Part shown: in pieces, positions 53,127 to 64,000 of the stretch
How positions within the stretch are numbered: the stretch's first letter is position 1
How the letters are laid out: each line of letters begins with the position of its first letter
DNA from: Octopus vulgaris
Lineage: Eukaryota
Direction of reading: 5' to 3'
DNA length: 64,000 nt
Assembly: GCA_951406725.2 (NCBI GenBank)
Contig: OX597833.1
Span: 29,946,001-30,010,000 of the forward strand
Position numbers and translations under genes: made by a program
Notes under the pieces: generated by a model
What the model was told of the DNA's origin: nothing
The model's input: only the letters and a program-made list of their open reading frames with translations
The model's database searches: none

Positions 53127-54345
53127 TTGGGTCATCCCATTAATAATGTGGTTTTTTTATATTTATTTTATTTTTCAAAATTAAGATAAAGTTCTTTTAT
53201 AATCTAAAATACACTTTCTACAATGCTTTTCTATCTGTCGGGTAGATTTGCAAGTTCCCTCTTCCAAAATCCACTTGTCCGTGAGGAAAAATATTCCTCC
53301 AGAACTATTCTGACCTCATCTACAGAATTCATATTTTTTCCATTCAAATGATTTTGAAGACTGCAGAATAAATGATAATCAAATGGGGCAATGTCTGATG
53401 AATATGGTGGGTGGGGCATTGTTTCCCATTCAAACTTCTCGAGCTTTTGGAATGTCATCCTTGCTGTATTTGGTCGAGCATTATCCTGATGGAAGAACAC
53501 CCTTCCGTCTTGAAACAAAAGATGGTCATAAGCCACTCAAGCTGTTTGCAGTAGGTCTCCTTTGTTATCATTTGGTTTGGATTTAAAAGTTTAAAGTGAA
53601 CTAGACCTTTCATATCCCACCAAACAGATAACAACACCTTATGTGGGTGGGGTGCTAGTGCTTCTTTTTCCCTTACCCACTGTCTTCGGTGCTTGACATT
53701 TTTATAGAGACACCATTTCTTGTCGCTAGTCACTATTCGGCCCAAAAAAGGTGCATTCGTGGGACCTGATAGCAAAGAAGAGCACACATTTACTTTCTGC
53801 ACATAATTATACTTGGAAAGTTTGTGGGAAACCCATTGACCTAATTTGTTGACTTTTCCGATGGCATGCAGGTGTTGATGATAGGTTGAATAACCAAATC
53901 CATGCTTCTCTGCTAGTTCCTCAATAGTTACGATGGGATTTTGTTCCATCAAGGTTTGCAGAACATCTTCATTGAGCTCTGCAGATCTTCCAGGACAAGG
54001 CTCATCTTCTAGGCTGTAGTTTCCGACTCGGAATTTCTGGAACCACTGTTGACACTGGCTTACGCTTATTGTCCGATGTTCCTATACTGCATTAATATTC
54101 CTCACACTTTCCGTTGCATTGTTGCCTTTATTAAACTCATAAAGCAAAATATGCCAAATATGCTCCTTTGTCACTTGAAAACATAACTGTTAAAACTGCC
54201 CTCTTCAAAACTTGCACTAAGAATACAGATAAAGTAAAATTACTACCTGCTTTTATAGCAAGTTGATGCAGGTAGTTTATCCCATTCCCCTCCAACTTTT
54301 TGTTCATGCAATTGAAAACAGCGCAATAGTTATGGGATGACCCAA
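53127..54345 (-). mobile_element. Full-length mariner (DD34D-type) transposon, transposase inactivated
   Basis: TIRs ttgggtcatcccat / atgggatgacccaa, TA duplication at 53125-53126 and 54346-54347, length 1219 bp. Motifs GQWVSHKL, IVTSDKKW, HQDNARP, HPPYSSDIAPFDYHLF. Confidence 0.95.
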
Positions 54346-54927
54346 TAAAAAGTACTTATGCTGGTGCCACATAAAAGCAGCCAACACATTCTGTAAAATG
54401 GTTGGCATTAGGAATGGTACCCAATCATTGAAACCATGCCAAAACAGATAAATAGAACCCGGACAGCTCTCCGGCTGGTCAACTATTGAACCATGCAAGC
54501 ATGGAAAACAGATATTAAATGATGATGATGATGAATATTCTGTGCTATTACTTGGGAAGGAAACCATTTATATCTTCTAAAGAATGGTTAACAAACTGTG
54601 AAAGTTCATCTGGATATTTCTGTCTTCTTAATTTTTCTGCTCACATCAAAAGCATGTTTATATTCTTATTTCTCTCACAGCTGGGCTTGATAATAATCTT
54701 TTACCTTTTATCTTTTACTTGTTTCAGCCATGTACTTTTTAAGCTTATACTGAATCACTAAGTTACAGGGACATAAACACACCTACGGCGGTCGTCAAGT
54801 GGCCATGACACACATACACACACACACACATATATATATATATATGCAACAAGCTTTCAGTTTCCGTCTACCAAATCCACTCACAAGGCTTTGGTCAGCC
54901 TGAAGCTATAGTAGAAGCGACTCATCA

Positions 54928-55820
54928 GATCTTTGTGGTTTTCATCACTGTTTACAATCTTGTTTCAATTATTTTCAAATTTGGTATATAGATTAAGTTT
55001 TGTATACCAATTATGAAAATAAAATTCATTTTCCCTATAGATTCATCATTGAAAAGTTATTAGCCTTTAAAATTTGAAAAATTTGGTTATTTTAGCCAAT
55101 CAGAAGCAAGTATTTTGCACATCACCATAAAGTTCTGTTAGCATATTAAGCAAATAGGCACCACGTGTTCCATAGCTGATTGCAAAGAACTCTGTTTCCA
55201 TAGTAACCAAAGATGCTGTGCATGCGCACAAGGAGTGTAACCACCAAATTGAGTGTAATCAACAAATTGAGAGTACTTTGGCATCTTTAAAGCATGGAAA
55301 TAAATGCAGGTGTGGGACACACTGTTTCCATGGTTGATTCTTATCTTTGGGAATTTATGTGGAGAAGGAAGTATGAGAAAGATAATTTATTTTATAAAAT
55401 CCTTGAGTGTATTGCAAACTTTCGTTCCTGAGTTTTTCAGCTAATAAATGTCTGTTTTAAGCAGTGTTTTGACTGTTATTTCTAGCAACTCCTGTTGGTT
55501 TGTAGCTTTTAAATATTTGATTTGCTCATGAATCTTTTAATGTTTTTCACTGTCTACTGTAGCTAGTTTAATGTCAGTCTCACCACCACCTTTTCTAGCT
55601 ACTTTGACAACTAATGGAAAAGGCAGTGAATGCGTTGTTTTCTGATTGGCTGAAAATTCTGAAAATGATCAAACTTTGAACACCTGTAACATTTTCGCAA
55701 AATTTTTCTGCAATAAATGAATAGCAAATTTGGATTCAACATCAAAGATTACATCTATATGATACATTAAAAAAATTCTTTTAATGATTTTGATATGCAG
55801 TGGCGATAACCACAAAGATC
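54928..55820. mobile_element. ~890-bp non-autonomous TIR element inserted into a SINE
   Basis: TIR gatctttgtggttttcatcactg (54928-54950) versus cagtggcgataaccacaaagatc (55798-55820), 20/23 match. Inner inverted agccaatcagaa pair. SINE halves at about 54705-54917 and 55828-55890. Confidence 0.75.
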
Positions 55821-56025
55821 CCACTTACCATGCAGTGGGACTGTACCCAGAACCATGTGGTTGTGAAGCAAGCTTCTTATCCAACAGCCATATGGTAGTG
55901 ATGGTGGTTATCATTGTGGCTATGGTCAGAAGCTATCCTGGATTACATTATCCAGTGTATTCTGTGATAAGGTGTGATTTGAGGGTGATTTCACCTTGTT
56001 TAAAGCCGGTCTTGTGACTGTAGAG

Positions 56026-56217
56026 CAATGGTTCCTCACCATTTCATGTAGACCCCTTTCTATTTTACTCCAGTTGGCCCTCATAGCCATTAGATATCTA
56101 AATAAAATCTTATATTTTTATAATCAAATATTATTAGTAATTGTAGAGGTATAACCAATATATTTCAGATAAATTTTAACAACAAAATCTTGTATGAACC
56201 CTGATTAAGAACCACTG
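56026..56217. mobile_element. hAT-type MITE
   Basis: caatggttc / gaaccactg termini with 8-bp TSD ctgtagag / atgtagag. Confidence 0.7.
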
Positions 56218-57329
56218 ATGTAGAGAGACTCTTGTAGCCTACTCCCCCCACCCCATGGTGTTGATGATGGTGGTGCTCCTGCTGCTGTTGCTACTGCTAA
56301 ATAACAGTGATAGCCTTATGGGTTTGCTTGGTAGTGGTAGTTATGGTAGAGAAAAGGGATCTTGTGGTATGTTAGTTGATTGGATATGGATGTGAGATGC
56401 AGTGAGTAGAGGGTGTGTAATTTAGGTCAGTTAGTTGTCATTGTAACTAGTTACAAAGGAACAGGTTGCTTGTTGCTTTGCTGCCTATTCCCCTGTCTTT
56501 GCTTTCATTGCAATCCTTCTCCCTAAACTGTTGTTGTTATTGTATGTGTGCCTTATTGAATTAATAACAGACAAGATCCATTGAAACCAGTGAGAGAGCT
56601 TCTACATAGTTGCTCAGTTTGCTAGAAACAACTCCTAAATCACACCTTACCCTCTTAAGAAAGAGCAGTTCTACACAACATACTGTATGCAAATTTCTTT
56701 TTATCCCCTCTTTACCACCCTCTCCCTCTTTGTCTATATATCTAATGTGTGTGTGTGTGTGTACTCACTACACACTGTAGTATAAATACATTATACAGTG
56801 TCACATCATTATGTCTAATAAACTTATATTTTTAGCCTTGTAAATATTATGTTCTGTGGCCTTTTTGCAGTTTCAAATAGGAATTGAACTGATCACTTTC
56901 AGCTGTGTTATAAAAAAAATCATCAAAGATAATACATACTGTATATTATTAAAAACTGCATATGAAGACGTGGGCAGTCTTGCATACTAGAACAGGAAAG
57001 ACATACACAAAGAAATTTTGTCTAAGAAAATATTTTTGTTATAAGTTTTGTGGTTAAAAACACATTGGGCCTAGCTCCATGTGAAATCAGTGAACTACCT
57101 AAATAGAGGTTCAGGCTCAGATCCAAATGACCAAGACATTATTTACTACTGAAGAGGCAAACATCATGTTGAAATACCACATCTGGGGTCTGCTGATGTC
57201 ACATGGAGCTCAGCACGTGAAGTTGATAGAGAAAAATGTTATCTTAGTTCTTGTTCTGATTTGCAGGGGCATATTAAAATTATGTGTATACATTATACAT
57301 CTTTGTTTCGATCTCCACTGCTTTATGTT

Positions 57330-57365
<36 letters not shown>

Positions 57366-57366
<1 letters not shown>

Positions 57367-57806
57367 CCCTAGGGGCAAAGAAATAAGAACCCACAGTATG
57401 GTGGAAGCCATAGCCACTCATAATGAAAAGGAGTACTGGTGGAATGTCCCAGTGAAAACCTCAATAAAAGGTAAACACAATAGATGTGATATAATGATTT
57501 GGGATAGAGAAGAGAAACTGTACAGTTTGCCCAGCAGATGTTAACATAAAGCTGAAGATCAGTGAAAAAGAGAATACTTACGCTAAACTATTGAAAAATC
57601 TGTAGTTACTCTATCCAGATTACAAGTTCAGATTTATATCTGTAATTATTGGGGCCCCGGGATATGTAACACACTGCCTAAATACCAATCTTGAGAAATT
57701 AGGCTTCTCAAAACCAGGAAGAAGAAAGCTGATTCGAAGACTACAGTTCCAAGCCATCACTGGAACTGTAAAAATCTGTAAAACTTTCCATAAGTTTATC
57801 ATCTAA
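57366..57806 (+). mobile_element. R4/Dong-type non-LTR retrotransposon, 5'-truncated, restriction-like endonuclease domain
   Basis: YWWNVPVKT..HNRCDIMIWD..PADVNI..EKENTY..VIIGAPG..LEKLG..QAITGTVKI*. Begins right after a (TA)n run. One stop and a deletion are present. Confidence 0.8.
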
Positions 57807-58483
57807 ATATATATGAGCTTGTCTAGATATGCAAGTATATGCATGAAAAGACATACATAACACAAAACTTATGAATTTGCACATGTACATACAAAAATAC
57901 CTTGTTGATGTTGAAATCCCAGTGAAGGAGTCTTGTATCTAGGTTAGAAACTGGCTCTTTCTCTATTGTCAAGAAATCTTGAAATAATACTAAATAATGA
58001 CATATCGTTGTTTTAAACACTCACATTTTCTATGCTGGGTTGGGTTAGATTAAGCAAGTAAGGTGTTTTTTACTCCCTGTTTTTCGCACATTAAAATTGC
58101 TGAACTACAGGACATATTGTTTATAGATTTTATCAAGCAGTGGCAATTTAAGGCTGTAGAAAAAAAGTCCTTGTCATACATATGCGTGCACACACATACA
58201 CACATTCATGCCTACTTACCTACCCACTACATATGTGTGTGTGTACTTCTCAACAACACAATCTGTGTCTGCGCCTACTGCATGAACACATTCACATCCA
58301 CGCTATAAATACCAGCCAATGAATGAGGGAGACTACATGGCCATTGTCTTGCTAGAGACAGTACCCAAACCCCCACTTCAAATCATATTCTATCATCTTA
58401 AGAAAGAAGGACATATTGAATAATGTTGTACTAGATTGATAACAGAGGCTTAAAAAAAAAATATATATATATATATATATATC

Positions 58484-59306
58484 AAGAAATGAAGCCAGTA
58501 TGCTCCGATGGATGTGTAATGTCAGTGTTCATAATCGACAGAGTGTAAGTACCTTGAGAGAAAAGTTGAACCTAAGAAGCATCAGTTGTGTTGTGCAAAA
58601 GAGACGTCTGCACTGGTATGGGCATGTGACGAGAATGGGTGAAGATAGTTGTGTGCAAAAGTTCCACACTCTAGCAGTTGAGGGAACCTGTGGAAGAGGT
58701 AGACCCAGGAAAACCTGGAACGAGGTGGTGAAGCACGACCTTCGAACTTTAGGTCTCACCAAGGAAATGACTAGAGACTGAGACCTATGGAAGTATGCTG
58801 TGCGTGAGAATACTCGGCAAGACCAGTGAGAACAGTCAAAATCAAACCAAATCAACATCAGTGGAAATTGCAGCTGTGGTTAAGCGAACCATCCGATCGT
58901 TTGTCCGTTGCCAGCCTCGCCTGGCCCCTGTGCCGTTGGCACATAAAAGCACCATCCGCTCGTGTCCGTTGCCAGCCTCGCTTGGCCCCGTGCCGGTAGC
59001 ACATAAAAGCACCATCCGTTCGTGTCCGTTGCCAGCCTCGCCTGGCCCCCCGTGCCGGTGGCACGTAAAAACACCATCCGTTCGTGGCCGTTTGCCAGCT
59101 CTGTCTGGCACCTGTGCAGGTGGCACGTAAAAAGCACCCACTACACTCACGGAGTGGTTGGTGTTAGGAACTGCATCCAGCCGTAGAAACACTGCCAAAT
59201 CTGACTGGGCCTGATGAAGCCTTCTGGCTTCACAGACCCCAGTTAAACCATCCAACCCATGCTAGCATGGAAAACGGACACTAAATGATGATGATGGTGA
59301 TAATGA

Positions 59307-59310
<4 letters not shown>
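58484..59310 (+). mobile_element. RTE-clade LINE 3' end (ORF C-terminus, tandem-repeat 3' UTR, (GAT)n tail)
   Basis: MLRWMCNV..RRLHWYGHVTRM..GRGRPRKTW, then four ~60-bp tandem units at 58890-59140. TA runs on both sides. Confidence 0.9.
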
Positions 59311-59349
<39 letters not shown>

Positions 59350-61289
59350 GGTCACCACTGCAGGTTCAGCGATCAAATGTGTGCATACATAGTCAAGGCC
59401 AACAACTTGATAGACATTAAAGTCAGTTTGATTGACCCCAGTACTTTGTTGGTCTCTAGAAAGATGAATGGCAAATTTATTGTCAACTGGATTCCAACTA
59501 AGAATCCTAAAAAGATATAATCCAATGCCTTAAGATAGAATGAAGAATGTGAGTGAGCATAATGATAGAAAAGGAGGATATGAGACTGTAAAGCAAAGAA
59601 ATGAAGAAATCAGATACACAATACTTCTCAGTTATGAAGAAACTGCTTGATTTCAAATTGCAGAAAAAAGACAAAGAATACTACAAAAAGAAGTCAATGT
59701 TTATTGTGAATTTGGGAGAAGTGTAGCAAAAACACAGCAGCAAGGCTTTTGAGCCAAAACCAATTAAGAAAAACTGAAAGAAGACAAAATGAAACACAAG
59801 AAGAAATTAAAGCTAGGCTTTAAGTAGGCACATTAAGTATTAGTGAAAGGAGGCAGAAATGAACCCCACTCCATTTCTTTTTGGCAGATACTACATTAGT
59901 AGTAGCAGCAGCAGCAGTAGTAGTAGTAGTAGTACTACTACTACTACTAGTACTGATGATGATGATGTTAATGATGATAATAATAATCATAATAATAATA
60001 ATGATATTAATGATAATTATCCTTTTTAATATAGGCACAAAGCCTGGAATTTGAGGGGAGGAGGATAGTCGATCACATCGACCCTAGTACATGACTGGTA
60101 CTTAATTTATTGACCCCAAAAAGAAGAAAGGCAAAGTTGACCTTGGTGAAATTTGAGCTCTGAACATAGCCGTGGGTGAAATACTGCTAAGCGTTTCACC
60201 TGGCGTGCTAACGATCCTGCCAGCTCACAGCCTTGATATTAGTAATAATAATAATAACTGTTTTTAATTTAAGCCAACAATTTTGAGTTCAAGACTGGTG
60301 CTACTTTATTTAATTGACACTTGAGAGATGAAAAGCGAAGTCAACCTCTGTGCGATATGAACTCAGGGTGTAAAGAGCCAGATGAAATACTGCAAAGCAT
60401 TTTATGTTATTCAGTACTAACTTTTCTACCAATGCACTGCCCTAGTAGTGGTAATAACAGTAATGATTTATTTTATTGGCCATAAGGGTGCAAGGCATTG
60501 GGGTCAAAAGATGGTCAAATAACTGTAGAGGTTCCAGTCTTATTTCTTTGCTCATTCAGTAGCTTCATGATGATTTGTTTGCAATGCAGGGGCCTACCAG
60601 AAAGAATTTATTATTATATTGAGGCATTTCATTCCCCAATCCCAGGATCCCATGCCCCATCATGACCCTTGAATATTTTCAATTAGCATGAATAAATGTC
60701 AGTTATTTAGTCAAGCACAAAGGGGTAGATTTAGGTTGGGGTTGGAGTGGATCAATGTGTTGGTGGTGGGTGTAAGGTATTGTAAGATTCTGTTGTATAT
60801 GGACAGATCTTGCTTGGTGTGTCTATATGAGTGACTGAGGAGAATATAGACTGCTTTAATAACCACCCCACCTCTATATTCTTAAATAGGTGTTTTAAGC
60901 ATTGTGTGCGTATGTATGTGTATACGTATATATGGATGCATATGTGTGTTTGTTTGTGTGTGTGTGCGTGTAGTCTCTTGTTTCAGTCAGTGGATTATGG
61001 GCATATTGGGGTACAACCTTGAAGGTTTTAGTCAAACAAATCAACTCCTGTACTTAATTTTTATTTAAGTTTGGTACTTATTGATGTGAGACAAACACAG
61101 ACACAAAGACATATATATATACATATATACATGATGGGCTCCCACAGTTTCCATCTACCAAATTCATTCACAAGGCAATGGTCAGCCCAGGACTATAGAA
61201 AAAGACACCCAAGATGCTGAATAGTGGTACTGAGCCCAACCCTCATGGTTGCAAAGCAAGCTTCTTAACCACACAGACATGCTTGTGCC

Positions 61290-61335
<46 letters not shown>

Positions 61336-61661
61336 TGTATATGAGAGGGAGATAGATATATGAATGTATATATATATGTAGTGAGCACATACATGTATAC
61401 ATCTGAATTCAACCCACAAAGAGTTTGTTGTTGTTGTTGATGAACCCCCCGATCAAACAGACATGATGAAATGATTCCATGGTGCCATTTTAGAATATAT
61501 ACAAACTCAAGTGCTTGATTCTTGCTTTAGTGATGGGATGCAAAACCAATAAATTTAGTCAGTGGTAAAGTTGAACCTTTTATATCATTCAGTATTCAGC
61601 AAATTTCATTATAAAATGACTATTTTTAAATCTCACAACGTGAGTTATTCAGCAACAGTAC

Positions 61662-61884
61662 TTTGTAGTAAAGATTGTTTGCCAACATAACATGGCAGTC
61701 CTGGTTTAGGACGCATGTTGCTGTAATTTTCAAACAAGGGAATCTAGCACCCCTACGAAAATATAAGGACACAGATCATGTCATATAGCCAGCTGGAGAC
61801 AATGTTTCCTGGGGCTAAATTACAGCAATATTCATCCTAAACTAGTACTGCCATGTTAAGATGGCAAACAATCTTTACTACAAA
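61662..61884. mobile_element. MITE with ~66-bp terminal inverted repeats
   Basis: tttgtagtaaagattgtttgcca..taacatggcagt..tttagga..ttgctgtaattt is mirrored at 61817-61884. Confidence 0.85.
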
Positions 61885-62569
61885 TTTCATTATCTTTTAT
61901 CAGGAGTAATCTTTTTTTTATCTCACTTTGTACCATTGTTCTGTTGATACTCTGCCTAGTAAAGACAAAGTGAAACAGACAAGAAAGCCAGATTCTTTTT
62001 TCTGATAACACTGTTTTAAACAACATTATTGTGGTTTCAAGCATGGGTTCTTTTTTGTTGACTTGCAAATGATAAAAGTTAAGAGTTGAAGAAGAACTAA
62101 TATCCTCATTATCCAATGTATTCTTTTCTAAGATGGTATGGTGTGATTTGAAGGAGATTTAGCTACAATTTCTAGCACCTAGGGGCATTTACAGCTTAAT
62201 TAATATAAGGTTAAAGTAAGTTACTGTTAATATTCAAAATGTTGGCATATCTTTCTGCTTGTATGGTTTTTTTTTCTTTTAGTGACATAGCTGAGTAGTT
62301 CATGGAATAAAGCATTCACACATATATATACACATACATGAGGCATTTAACAAAATAGGAGCCTTTATGTGATCATGCAACCTGCTAGAAATTACAGCTA
62401 AATCTTCATCAATCAAACCCAAGTGTCTTTTTTAAAAAAGACACTTAAACAATGTAGTTCTAGATAAAACAAAAAAGACACAATGATCATGGGATCTTAG
62501 AGATATTGGAAAACTACTGGAGTTTCATGAGGCAACTTTTTGATCAACAAATGACTTGTTTGTTCTGCA

Positions 62570-63960
<1,391 letters not shown>

Positions 63961-64000
63961 CATAGCAAAAAATGACATTCAAAAAGCATTTTGTTTATGC

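Noticed and set aside
57910-57970. Hammerhead-like CCAGT...GAAACTGG in the R4/Dong 3' region
   Set aside because: No CUGANGA segment, and position 17 would be G.
58890-59140. CRISPR-like array
   Set aside because: The units are contiguous with no unique spacers, lie in a LINE 3' UTR, and there are no cas genes in this eukaryotic context.

Overview
AT-rich, microsatellite-laden animal genomic DNA, most likely an octopus (coleoid cephalopod), judged from tRNA-derived SINE families I recognise from memory. Almost all ORF-track entries are microsatellite or transposon noise. The only well-supported host-gene feature is one + strand exon (3948-4116) with a 5'UTR, a 4-codon uORF and a signal-peptide-coding start followed by a phase-1 GT donor. 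The rest of the window is probably that gene's large intron, with one weak candidate downstream exon near 52.5 kb. It is filled with decayed mobile elements: three Penelope-like fragments, an internally deleted Gypsy LTR element, a Helitron helicase and Helitron ends, an L1/Tx1 LINE, a full-length mariner, an R4/Dong-type RLE fragment, RTE LINE pieces, several SINE families and MITEs. The most striking signal is RNA-structural. Between about 24.6 and 49.2 kb, small (TA)n-flanked modules carry many hammerhead-ribozyme motifs. Besides ordinary minimal type I hammerheads (some with core variants), three sequence-divergent families show all hammerhead core segments in a non-circularly permuted, pseudoknotted order: stemIII-UH-stemI ... 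stemII-GAAA-stemIII ... stemI-CUGANGA-stemII. Stems I and III change in a compensatory way between families. One element carries two such motifs in direct repeats 881 nt apart (retrozyme-like), and one copy is 5'-truncated exactly at the predicted cleavage site. All of this was read by eye and no searches were run.
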